A DNA stretch of 63,890 bases, the filler included, from Neolecta irregularis DAH-3 (Eukaryota), in assembly GCA_001929475.1 (NCBI GenBank). It is 12 parts of 12 records of this genome, joined end to end, with 100 filler letters (N's around TTAATTAATTAA, not from the genome) between each part and the next. Parts side by side here need not be neighbours in the genome. Positions count along the whole stretch, not along the records: positions 51,257 to 54,206 come from LXFE01000977.1; positions 54,307 to 62,302 come from LXFE01000978.1; positions 62,403 to 63,890 come from LXFE01000989.1; 9 more parts are not named here. The stretch is one strand, 5' to 3'. This document shows, piece after piece, positions 52,974-63,890 of this stretch (the first letter of the stretch is position 1; each line of letters starts with the position of its first letter). Position numbers and translations under genes: made by a program. The notes beneath the pieces were generated by a model, which saw only the letters and a program-made list of their open reading frames with translations, was not told the origin of the DNA and did no database searches.

Positions 52974-53896
52974 TTAACCCTAACGCTTGATTTGATGAAA
53001 TATATATTTTTTATATATACACTCATATGATGGATCATGGTGATCTACGGCTACACATAAACAAAGGGAGTGTAGTGGCAGGACAGATGCAACAGGGAGG
53101 ATCGAACGAGAGCCCAGGGAGAGGAGTCGTGGGCGTGGAGGGGGACAGCGGCGAGGCGCCGCGGTAGCAGTTGTAATTTGCCTGTGCGAGACGCAGGGGG
53201 ATGGCGAGGGCGGCATCGAGGGCTGCGAACAACAGCCAGCCGAGGCCAAAGAGGGCTTCGCGGTAGGCGTCGCGGAGCAGGACGGCGGCCAGGTGGAGCA
53301 GGCGGTAGGCGTGGGACGCGGCGAGGGGCGCGGTGTAAGCCCACGTCCTAGTAGGCTTACTCTAAGACAGCAGACGGTTCTAGGGAATGAAGAGGAATGA
53401 GTCAATAACAGTTATGTGAATACAATAAGTAGATAGCGTGATCTTCACCTATACTCATCTTGTACTACGCTGAGTATAGATTTGTTCAGTCTTTACTCTC
53501 TTAGCCTAGAACGCAAGTGTCCTATTACCCCGACGGTGATAGGTTTACACGCGGCGTGTCTGACGATCTTTCCCACCTAGTTCACGACCTTTTCCTTCAC
53601 TGAGTTCAGTGGATGTAGTATTCGGCCGTTGAAGATCTCCAATGACTTTTTGACTCTCTTCTAAGCGATCTTTCGCACCACGCCGATCACGCTCTTCGCT
53701 TGCTTTAAGACGACCTTCAAGCTCTTTAAGACGAAGATGCCAACGACGATTAACTGATCCTGGTGAAATGATACCAGACCAGAACCTTGAGTCGCACCAT
53801 TACACTTTTGTAAATGAATGTGATATTCAGACTAGCTAATTAGCCCTCCCACACAAAGATCAAACTTTAAGATTCCATTTTCCATTTTCAAAGACG

Positions 53897-54206
53897 TGTT
53901 TCGCGCGAATAAAAAAATCCGCGAATAAAAAAACCCGCGAAATAACCACCGCCACCACTCCAACGCTTTGCTTATACCCACCTAGATGCCTAATTATCTT
54001 GCAACCGCTGCTTCTCCACCTTAAGTCTTACAATTTATTTGGTTCACTTTACATTAAACCTACAGAATTCTGCTTGATTGAATGCTGCAAACTTCTGCTC
54101 GCCTCTCCCGCTCGATCTCCCGCCAGCCTCGCCCGCCTATCCCGCTCGCTCTCTCTCCCGCCTAGCTCTCCCGCCTCTCTCCCGCCTCTCTCATGTCTCT
54201 CTCCCG
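53897..54206 (-). mobile_element. MITE-like element, copy 1 (opposite orientation, runs into gap)
   Basis: Starts TGTTTCGCGCGAAT; about 230 bp align to the reverse complement of 54382-54642. Confidence 0.75.
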
Positions 54207-54381
54207 NNNNNNNNNNNNNNNNNNNNNNNNNNNNNNNNNNNNNNNNNNNNTTAATTAATTAANNNNNNNNNNNNNNNNNNNNNNNNNNNNNNNNNNNNNN
54301 NNNNNNGGGGTTACTTGAATCGTTTCTAGCCAATGGTTGAATAGCTACCTCCATTGTGTAAGTACTCGTTAAAACTACATC

Positions 54382-54642
54382 TGTTCCGCGCGAAATGGCG
54401 GGAGAGCGAGCGGGAGAGGCGGGCAGGAGTTTGCAGCATTCAATCAAGCAGAAAGAGGTTGTGGAGGATGAGATTCTGTAGGTTTAATGTAAAGTGAACC
54501 AAATAAATTGTAAGGCTTAAGGTGGAGAAGCACCGGTTGCAAGATAATTAGGCATCTAGGCGGCATAAGCAAAGCGTTGGAGTGGTAGTGGTGGCGGTGA
54601 TTTCCCTTTATATTTCGCGGATTTTATATTTCGCGCGGAATA
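54382..54642 (+). mobile_element. Complete 261-bp MITE-like (or solo-LTR-like) element with 15-bp TIR and TSD
   Basis: TGTTCCGCGCGAAAT...ATTTCGCGCGGAATA, flanked by CATC at 54378-54381 and 54643-54646. Confidence 0.82.
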
Positions 54643-54696
54643 CATCATAGATTACAAAAGTAAAACAATTCAACTATTATCTTGCATACAAAACTA

Positions 54697-55464
54697 TTAA
54701 AAAAATAGTTGCGTCTGGTCTTGGTTTTGACCTACGGTTGCATCAATTAAAGCGCCAGTTTTGAGCTTTTGGAACAAATTCTTGTGGAACCGACTAGGTT
54801 GACTATTTTCATATACGCTAGAGAGCACTGCTGTTACGATATCGCGATAAAATATTATCTCCTCGCTCTTCATAAGCCATCCTGGGATAGATTGAGGTCG
54901 AAAAAGTGCATCTGCCACCGTGATCAATACTTGTGCTGCAATCGATTGCTCATCATATAATTGGACGAAAAATTTACCGTCATTTGTAGGAGAAGGAATC
55001 GTAGCACGAAGGCCATGGTGATCCAATGTGTTTTTAAATAGCTCCAAAATATCATATGTCAGTTTATCGAACTCTGTATCGTCGATTTCACGGCGTGTTA
55101 TCGAAGTATGGAAAATATTATTTTTAGTGTGCCGTAATATTTCATAATGTCCAGGACCGCATGAAACGATAAAAAGATAAAAATCTTCACTTTGAATCAA
55201 AAGACTCTTCTTGGTTGGATCGTAAATGGCAGTCACATCTTTACCAGCATTCTTGCTGAATATTTGGAGAAAAGTCAATACAATAGTGTCAAGCCCTTCG
55301 GATAAGGTTTCCCTGTTGACCGAAAACTGTGCCCATGAATTTCGGGTTAGGTCGATGAGTTGGCGTCCATTATTTATCGACGTTGGTTGTTCGCGATGTA
55401 TGACAATGTTGCAGACCCTTATAACATCTTTATCTAACTGTTGTTGGTCAGAAGATCTTTCCAA
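54697..55464 (-). CDS. Orphan protein, distant paralogue of the C-terminal domain of 51746-52973; no ATG start found
   Basis: 255-codon intronless ORF; shared motifs AQFSV/RQFSI, GPGHYEI/GPPEQLHFEI, DALF..W..EIIFYRD/NALL..W..EFFTD. Confidence 0.6.
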   Translation of the reverse strand: MERSSDQQQLDKDVIRVCNIVIHREQPTSINNGRQLIDLTRNSWAQFSVNRETLSEGLDTIVLTFLQIFSKNAGKDVTAIYDPTKKSLLIQSEDFYLFIVSCGPGHYEILRHTKNNIFHTSITRREIDDTEFDKLTYDILELFKNTLDHHGLRATIPSPTNDGKFFVQLYDEQSIAAQVLITVADALFRPQSIPGWLMKSEEIIFYRDIVTAVLSSVYENSQPSRFHKNLFQKLKTGALIDATVGQNQDQTQLFF

Positions 55465-55542
55465 TAGAGATAGGATAGTGAATTGTAAGTGAGAGTGGTG
55501 ATGATAAAAATCGCGGAGGTGAAGGGAGAGGGAGTTTGGGGA

Positions 55543-55590
55543 GTCCCGATAGTGTTGTACTAGGCGAAAATCCTCAGTTTAACATTTCTG
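55543..55590. repeat. Dispersed ~48-bp repeat (second copy 62735-62782)
   Basis: GTCCCGATAGTG-N6-TAGGCGAAAATCCTCAGTTTA..ATTTCT is present at both places. Confidence 0.75.
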
Positions 55591-55903
55591 TATGCCAGGC
55601 GTTCATAGCTAGCCAAGCTCAAGTCACTTGGGCCAGTAGAATAAAACCTGGTCTTATTCGAACTCGAGCTCCAACACTTACACCAGGTTGTTGTACCAGC
55701 CTCGGTGCTGGATCACCAAGCATAACCTGCGAGATCGAGCTGCATCAGCACCTAGCGCAGAACGCGGCTGCTGTTGTCCTCGCGTCACACCACAGCCCAT
55801 TTCCAGTGCAGGCTCCATCAGAGCTCTGTGGAGATTGATGGGCGAGGGGGAACATAACCCTTCCTCAGACAGACAAACGCATTCGCCGTACTGAATTTAT
55901 TGT

Positions 55904-55982
55904 CACGTGGGTCTAATACTTCACATGCTAACTTGGTCTAGGCAAGAATAGCAACAGGCTATGAGAAGGGAATAACCACGTT
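55904..55982 (+). promoter_or_regulatory. Candidate Pho4-type E-boxes upstream of the acid phosphatase
   Basis: CACGTGGG at 55904 and CACGTT at 55977. Confidence 0.4.
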
Positions 55983-56012
55983 CAGCATTTGAGATTCCTG
56001 CTTTGATAGCAA

Positions 56013-57711
56013 ATGTTCAACTACTTTCAGCGGCAAGCGCAATGCTATAAAGTGAACGTTTCGTACCACGAGATAAGAAACGCAGGTGAAGCGGCACAGA
56101 ATCTGCCTGCTTTGAAAAAATATCAAATGGTGATGGTATCGGCACTCGTTTTGTCTACTATAGCCTTCCTGGGAATAAATGTTTCCTCCAGCTTCCAACA
56201 ATCGTCACATTTCGAACTCTTTAGAAATCTAGGTGGACTGGGACCTTATATACGCGGCACTGGATATGGCTCGAAAAGTGAAATACCCAATGGCTGTGTT
56301 GTTGATCAGATTCATATGGTATAGAAGAAATGCTCTATTGACAAGTTGATATGATTTAGATTGCGAGACACGGCGAGCGGTATCCCACGGATGCAGAGGG
56401 TTAGATGCATCATATCCTGAACTAATCTGTCCAGGATTCGACGCAACGGCACAAAAGTTGATGAATTTTGCAAATTTCAAAGGAACTTTGAAACCCCTGA
56501 GACGCTGGGATTGGAAAAATGTAATCTACGGTCTGCAGCCTTTTGAATTGTCTGATTAACAGACGGTCTAAACCAATACGGTCAGCTCACAGCGACTGGC
56601 CCGTATGCAGGGACGTTGACATGGTCCAAAGCGGCTACCGAATTCCGAACTCGGTACCCGGCCATCTGGAACTTTAGTTCCACAGAGCCTACCAGAATAT
56701 TTGCAAGCGACTCAACACGTGTAATCCAAAGCGCAATCCACTTTGCCAAAAATTTCTTTGCAAATCAGTATGAGAGTCTAGTCGAGTTGGTAATTATAAG
56801 CGAGCAAGATCAAACTGGTGATACCTTGTCGCCTACGTAGGTTTTAATATAGTAACAACTGCTGACTTGCTAGGGACGCCTGTCCCGCATATATGAACGA
56901 AGGCCTTGAATTGGGGAACGAAAAATTTGATACTTTTACAGCAACGTATCTCCCGAATATTGCCGATAGATTCAACAAACAAAACCCGAATCTCAATTTA
57001 TTGCCCCAAGATATTTATACAATGCAAGGTATCAAGCTTGTCTGTCCAGCTATATTGATAGAGAAATGTGTGGCTATGAAATCAACGCTCTTGGGGAATC
57101 ACCGCTTTGCTCTGTCTTTGAAGAAGAAGATTGGGCAAACTTTCAATATTCTCGAGACCTGTTCTTCTTCTACTCGTGTGGGCCAGGAAATAAATATTCC
57201 ATAACAATGGGATTTCCATGGATAAACGCAACTCGGAATTTGTTATTGGAAGGGCCGCGATCGGGAGCACTATTCTTTAGCTTGTGAGTTTTATTTAAAG
57301 CTGGTTAACACGTAGCACTCATGATGGGAGTATAGTTCCAATGATCACGGTACTAGGACTATTTAATGACGTCGAATTGCCATCTGAACGTCGGGTAAAC
57401 GTATACAATCCTCCTATTATTAATAGTTACCGTACTAGCGAAGATTTAAGACAACTGACATTGTTCCTATGGGAGCCCGTCTCGTTCTTGAGAGACTATC
57501 CTGTGGTTCATCGATCAATGTACGGGTCCTGGTAAATGACGCAGTGATACCAATTGAAACATGTAACTCTGGACCGGGCAGTTCTTGCGAACTCGGTCAA
57601 TTTGACGCTCTTATCACAAAACAAGGTGATCGAGCAGGCAGTTTTACTAGTATTTGTGGACTTACAGAAGGTGAAGATTCCATTTCATTCTTGTGGCAGA
57701 GAAAAAACTGA
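56013..57711 (+). CDS. Histidine acid phosphatase / phytase (secreted or membrane-anchored)
   Basis: LGGLGPY, GCVVDQIHM/IARHGERYP, MCGYE, S/THDG, VPMGARLVLERLSC, VRVLVNDAVIP; alternative start at 56127. Confidence 0.93.
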
Positions 57712-58200
57712 TTGATTGATTCTATTGAACTTGAGAGAATATAATATACTTGCATATACGAATAATAACACGCGAGAAACTCTACTTGCATTTCACGACT
57801 ATTAGACATGTGTTTTTTTCTCATTTTTCATTTTTTAAAGAAAAGGGGGAAATTCAAAGATTGGGAAAGATAAGAAATGAGATTTTAAGATTGATAAATG
57901 ATTGAATGTAGAGAATAGGAAAAAGATGAAAGGAGCAAAGAGAACAAGAGTATAGAAAAGATAAAAAATCAAAAGGTAAAACGGGGAAAAAACACGAATT
58001 TCTCTCTGCCAGATCTAAATTTCAACAAGCAAAAGATCGAAAAGACGCCGAATAACATCCCAGCGAGTAGTAAAAAGGCTTCCTTTTTTTCTCAAACGGA
58101 TTCCACCAAATTAACCCAATGAAAAAACAAACTAACAAACAAACAAACAAAATGATCCCAGGACAACCGATATTTCAGTCCATGCAATATACCAAAAAGA

Positions 58201-60574
58201 TTAAATCATCATTCCGCCGTTTCGTTCAAGACTACTGTTTGAACTTGAATTGGTACTTCCGCTTCCGTTCATCGAGGCACTAGCAGAACCAGTTACGCTT
58301 TTGTAAGGACCTGATGATTTACCATTTACTCTAATTGGAGGACCACGAGGCACTGGTCCTCCATGCCCATTTGGAAATGATTGCTGTTGAGGAGCAATTC
58401 CAGATAACGCTCGCCCTCCCGGCGTTTGACCATGCGGATAATTTCTGATTTGGTCATGAGGCGACGACAGCTGTGGTGATGAGCGAAAAGAGTTTGGGGA
58501 AGGGTAAGGCCCGTTTGAAGAAATTCGAAGTTCTTCCATACGGGATGCGGTGAGAGAATTGGCTCTCGAGTTGTCTGTTAGTGTTTTTGTGTCGACGGTA
58601 GGATATCTATTTGTTGATAATGAATTCAACGGGTCATCGTTAAGAGATCCCAATATTCCAGGAAGATCAGCCTGCGGAATCGACGATACCGTTCTATCCT
58701 TGCGGAAATTCTTGGATCGGAATGAACGCATTGTCAAACTGGATGTACGGCCCCCGTTTTCGAATTCAGAATTTAGTTGGGCTCTGGTACTTGATTTTGG
58801 AGGCCCCCGTCTGAATTTTCTAGATGTCACGCTCATCATGTCGACGCTATCGGGATCAACGACAGGTGGTCGAGGTGGAGGCATTCCATAATCGTCGTCT
58901 TCGTCGCCGTCGTCGTAGACAGGCGTCATTGGCCCTTTTTTCCCACCGCCACGGCCATGATGGACACTCATCTCTCGCTCACGCATAGCCAACTCTCTGT
59001 GTCGAAGAGCCAATTCTCGTTCTCGCAAAGCAAGATCTTGATGCAAAATAGCCGGTGCTGGTCGTCGAACTTGCTGGTGCGGCGGTATTCTAGAGTGGGA
59101 ATCATCGTTTCCGTTCACATATCGGTAATCGTAGCCATCGTCGTCAGGTACCGCCCCAGGATGTTGGCCAACCTGATCTCCATACAACGCTATATCAGTG
59201 AACTCTTCCAAGCCTTCCAAAGAGTCGTTTCGAGAGATGGTGGGAGGCGAGTAACCTGTATGTCTGTATCCGTTTGATCGAGAAGGCGGAGGGCCATGTG
59301 TATTCCCATTTGTCACTGGGCGACGCGAATCCATTTGTGGAGCTCGTATCGACATGGGTCGATGTCCCATTACAGGACTAGCAGGCAAAGGGGCAGACGA
59401 AACTCTTTGAGGAGAAAAATGTTTGGTGTTTGAAGGTGGGGAAGCGGCTTTAATTTGATTTAGACGATTGACATTGTGAGCGAGAGCATATATGCATTGT
59501 AAATGTGGAGTTGGGATACCAACTTCTTTTGCCGCCTTTAATGGATTTGCGAGAAAGGATTCGATTTCCATTGGACGTTTTGCGACAAAGTCTTGGTACA
59601 TCATTGATTGTTGGGACGCAAGGACAGCTGATTCGATGATTCGGTCTCTGAATGTAGAATCGAAGTGGCAGTTTTGGAGTTGAGCGATGGCCATTAGTTC
59701 CGTGATGAGATCTCCAATGAGTTCGTTAGCGAGCGGCTGTTCGAGTAGTGCGGCATGATTTGGCTCTTCAAAGAGTACGCTGATTGGATGAAATGCAACG
59801 GGACTGGATGTTAGAGATACAGTATGGCTACATACCCAATCATTCGTTCCCATTGTTGCTGCAAGATGTTTTTGGATACGTGGCATTCGACTTGTCCTGC
59901 TTCGAGAGTAAGAGCAAGTGATTCAGTCATATCTTGTTGAGTTTCCAGAGAAATCTCCAAATTTCTTCTCGCGGCGCCAATCCAAACTTGCGATGAATCT
60001 GAATGTTCAAAGTCTGCGGGACCGGTTTGAATGAGGTTTGCACCGCTGACGAGAGAAAGGACCAAGTTTTTTGGAAAGCGTTCTTCAAGCAGGCGTTCGA
60101 TGCCGATTGTGTTTGTGGTGTTTAGAAGAATGCATGTATGTGATGGGGTGACTACCGCCTCGATGACAGCGGCGAGATCATAAACATCTGGCAGAGCCTT
60201 TACACAGACAAAGATGTAATCAAACGGGTTTTCTGGATCGACGGCATCTTCAACGGCCCGCACAACTAGAACCAAATTAGACATTTTTTTAATAAAAGAC
60301 AACAGGGATACCATTCATAGGTTTAAAGCGCTCATCGCCGTACTGCGGGGATCTAAAAATATTGGAAAAATGCCAAGAAGAAACCGAGACCTGAATGCGA
60401 TACCGTAAGAGGAGACGGCTTCATAGTGGCTCCTCCAGACGATGGTGACTTGGCAGGCGGAGCTAGCCTGGAGCCGCCAGGAATAAAAAGCGGATATGGC
60501 ATTGCTGCCGACTGTTTTTGAATTAGGAAAGTCCGATTTCGCAGCGCACCAGACAGAATGCGCAGACGCGACAT
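58201..60574 (-). CDS. SVL3: Svl3/Pam1-like protein (ketopantoate reductase-like fold plus low-complexity C-terminus)
   Basis: MSRLRILS/VGGNAISAFYSWRL, FDYIFVCVKALPDVYDLA, MYQDFVAKRPMEIE, SLEGLEEF. Confidence 0.87.
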
Positions 60575-61048
60575 GCTATAAAACTAGACAGACACGCCTG
60601 GGGTCGGCGGTGCTGGGCGACACACTGGCGGATGTATAGCTAGTACGCGACTACGGGCGAGGGCTTTGAAAATGCAACAACAACGCGGATCACCCAAAGA
60701 AGCCGGATAAACGAGTGAACAGAAGCGAGAAAACGAGTCTGGCACGGCGACAGGCAGGGCAAAGGGGGCAAGGGGAGGAGGGAATCAATGGGTGGATGGA
60801 GGTTTAGAGACCACACCTCACTGCAAGCTGGCCCTTGGTGCCGCACCTTTTGTTCTTTTCGCCTATTTTGATTTTATACACCACCATCAGCGTTATATCC
60901 GTTGGCAGCATTATATCAGGGCACCCGGTTCTATAGTATACGTCTCACCCGCATTGTGAAATCTATTTTTAGACGGCTAGCACAGAGACGTGTGGCTAGA
61001 TTGTAATATGTTTGTGATATTGTAATAGGATTGATAGGCTAAATATAT

Positions 61049-61568
61049 TTACATATCAACCTTTTTTGCATTGCGAGAATCATTCTCTCGTCGACCTTTG
61101 TCAAAGATTTCCTGGGTGAGGGATTTGTTGCTATCAGAGGAGACAGCGGCAGCGGCGCGGTCGAGACTGGCAATTAAACGAGATTAGCAGCGAGGGTACC
61201 CATCGGTGACAGACTCTACGGTCTTTCCAAGGGTAGACTTTTGGGAGTCGGGAGTGATCTTTTCTTTGGCAGAGGTAGTAAAGTCCTTTCGATGGGGCTC
61301 GCTTCCGACAGTTTCTTTGACAGAGTCAACGCTGGAACTGACGAAATTGGAAGCTTGAGCCTGGAGGCCGTCTGGTTGAGCAGTACCAGGCTGCTGGGAG
61401 GATGATTTTGCACTGTTGGGGAGGACAGCAGCAACGCGGCCGAGAGCACTGGAGGCTACATCTGTTGCTTGCTCGAGGTAGGATTTCTGTGCATCATGGG
61501 TGTTGTTGGAAAAGTCTGTGGTCAGCAAGGCCAGGGCGGAAGAAACCATTTCTTCCAGTGTCAGACAT
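61049..61568 (-). CDS. HSP12: HSP9/HSP12 family stress protein with two tandem HSP12-like repeats
   Basis: MSDTGRN/DFS...QKSYLEQATDVASSALGRVAAVL, and again RKDFTTSAKEKITPDSQKSTLGKTVESVTD/..LDRAAAAVSSDSNKSLTQEIFDK. Confidence 0.82.
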
Positions 61569-61882
61569 GATGGTGGGAGTATAACATGAAGTGGGACGAG
61601 AGCGAGCTTATATAGAAAGAGAGCGGGCTTATATAGCGGAGAAAAGTGACGTAACGAGGAAATGTGTGCTGTGTATGCAGATGGGATGAATGCAGAGAAT
61701 TGCAGTGCGCCACAGCGAATGTGGCGCAGGTGTGGCGCGGCGGGCAGTCTATGCACGGAATTCGATGTTACTACAGTGCAAGCAGCTGGACAGCGGCTGT
61801 GTGTATAACATTGTGCGGAGCAAGAGGCGGAGGCAGGGGAAGCGGGTGGATATTTTTGCAGGCGGCGACTGCTCACCGCCGG

Positions 61883-62302
61883 ATGGATCAGCCCCCCGAA
61901 GACAGCGACGAACGGCCGGACAACGCGCGCGCGGCGCAGAACGTGTGGAAGATCTACCGCAACGCGCTGCGCAAGATGCAGAGCGGGGAGCACAAGGACG
62001 CGGCGCGGGTGGAGAACCTGAGCTGGCGGATGATGAGCATCAGCCTGCGCGGCAAGGGCAGAAAGCGGCCGGGCGAGTTTCAGAGCCAGCGTCCGAGGCA
62101 GAGTCGGAGTATGAACCAGAACCAGAGTCCGAGGCAGAGCCAGAGTCAGAGTATGAACCAGAGCCAGAGTCAGAGTATGAACCAGAGCCAGAGCCAGAGT
62201 CAGAGTATGAACCAGAGTCACAGTCCGAGTCAGAATCACAGTCAGAGTATCAACCACAGTCAGAGTATCAACCACAGTCAGAGTATCAACCACAGTCAGA
62301 GT
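61883..62302 (+). CDS. DUF1752-domain protein (AreA/Gaf1-type N-terminus), truncated by gap
   Basis: QNVWKIYRNA...ARVENLSWRMMSISL followed by a QSQSMN/HSQSIN tandem repeat (about 62090-62302). Confidence 0.78.
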
Positions 62303-63890
62303 NNNNNNNNNNNNNNNNNNNNNNNNNNNNNNNNNNNNNNNNNNNNTTAATTAATTAANNNNNNNNNNNNNNNNNNNNNNNNNNNNNNNNNNNNNNNNNN
62401 NNGGAATTATAAGATAGCCATCCCGCTCAAATTGGGCTCTTTGTGTATCGGATAAATGAAACTGCGGCACGGACATACTGTTCTGAACTTGAGATGGAGC
62501 CAATAACCCCGCCTTGATGATATGTTACATCCGCATTCTCCTAAATTTACAAGCTGCAGTTCTCCTCTGTAAGGGCTATTCAATTAATTTCAATTGACTC
62601 TCTCTATCTATATGTACTCTCAATGTAAGGACATAAGTCCTTAACACACGTGAAGATGTTATCAATATTGGGGACATTCAATATTGGAGTATATTAACCT
62701 GCATGATTACGCATACCTAACCTGTATCGGGACTGTCCCGATAGTGACGTGTTAGGCGAAAATCCTCAGTTTAGTATTTCTTTACGACAAGTCTTTTCCA
62801 TGATAACTTGATTCCTCGCTATAAGACCGGCCTCGCACAACAAAGCTTCAAACCCCATTTCCACCAAAAAACCCACCACTTGTCAAAGCAGTCAAAACTC
62901 ACTGTGAATACTGATTGTAACCTGTGTGCTAACACCCTGCCACTCAGACGAACCTTTAATTCGTATTCTCTCTGGTGGCCGTCAGCCAATGATATTGTAT
63001 GATACAGTTAAAAGCTTAGTGCGCTCGTCGCGCCAGGTCCTTCTTGTATATCCCATCGAGCGCCAATTCCCTGCCGATTTCCGTCCCCTCTCCCTGATCC
63101 GGTGATTCCTTGATTGGGCTGTGCCCACCCAGATTGGATGAGTGCCATCTGTTGTCTGACGTTCAGTGGCCGGATCCGGCCTCTGTTGCCGTGTGGGCCG
63201 TTGAGGTCCCCCCCACAATCCACTTGATGAAAATATGTATTGGAAACCGATGAACCAAAAGATGACCATTTTCTTCTGTCCAAGTTGCTGAAAATCGAAA
63301 AGATTAGAGTCACATAAGGTTGAGGGGAATTGAAATGAGAGTTTGAGTTAGATGGTATGATTATGCGAATATAGTGATATTGACTAGGAGAGGTCGAAAT
63401 TGGGTCGTAGAGAGTTTACACGCCAGGAGAAACCGCAATTCTGCACACCGGTACGACATGCCAATGTACGATCTCACACTCCTAAGCTAGCAACACGCCG
63501 GAAAGAGTTAAAGTTAGAAATGTAGCCCATTTCCCCTTCCAGCCATGGTCGGGTATATTCAACTGTCACACACCAACTCATCATAATCCAACCCGAGATA
63601 GAAGCAGCTCAAATAGACAAGTTTGCAAATTATATGAAGCGACCGTATCCCTTCTATTCGGCAACGCTCGACCTGTCCATCGATCGGTTGGCTGTATTTT
63701 CATCGCTCGGTTACTTATACATTCGACATCTAATATGTATCATTATCAGCACAATATTTGGCCTCTTCCAGAGGAAGTTCATACCGAGAAAGTATTGGGA
63801 TATCTCGAATATTCTGTAATTTTGATTCTCGTTGGCAAATTTAATATCTCAGGCTTTCGTTATCATTCTTCGTGATCATTATGGACTATT

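Noticed and set aside
53897-54642. One large transposon with ~250-bp TIRs spanning the gap
   Set aside because: The right-hand copy has its own TIRs and TSD, so two independent small elements fit better.
61184-62293. 369-aa minus-strand ORF as one protein
   Set aside because: Chimera of antisense low-complexity repeat sequence and the real HSP12 exon.

Overview
Eukaryotic (fungal) scaffold: 12 contigs joined by 11 artificial 100-bp N44-TTAATTAATTAA-N44 spacers, so adjacency across gaps is only as reliable as the scaffolding. The genome is compact and intron-rich, with very short introns (about 31-50 nt) and degenerate donors. Gene content and style suggest an early-diverging ascomycete (Taphrinomycotina, Neolecta-like; inference). 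Housekeeping blocks hold a Zn2Cys6 TF, RDH54, a Ppk16-like kinase, PPT2, ERV14, CBR1, a GIG1-like gene, ELMOD, an RNF5-like gene, RER1, ERG2, UAP1, ATP7, ARX1, INH1, KAR4/METTL14, 14-3-3, GIS2/Byr3, ARB1, an I9 inhibitor, BMS1, ORC3, a DUF1746 protein, an acid phosphatase, SVL3, HSP12 and a DUF1752 protein. Accessory islands lie between them. The most interesting signal is an apparently lineage-specific secreted family of four PAN/apple-like Cys-motif proteins. One member is spliced to an unrecognised ~270-aa domain, and a distant stand-alone paralogue of that domain lies about 2 kb away across a MITE pair (a candidate modular effector/toxin system). Also notable: a tail-to-tail pair of secreted HExxH metalloproteases with conserved introns but divergent exons, GC-rich intronless gene fragments, and G-to-C strand-skew switch points centred on simple repeats.
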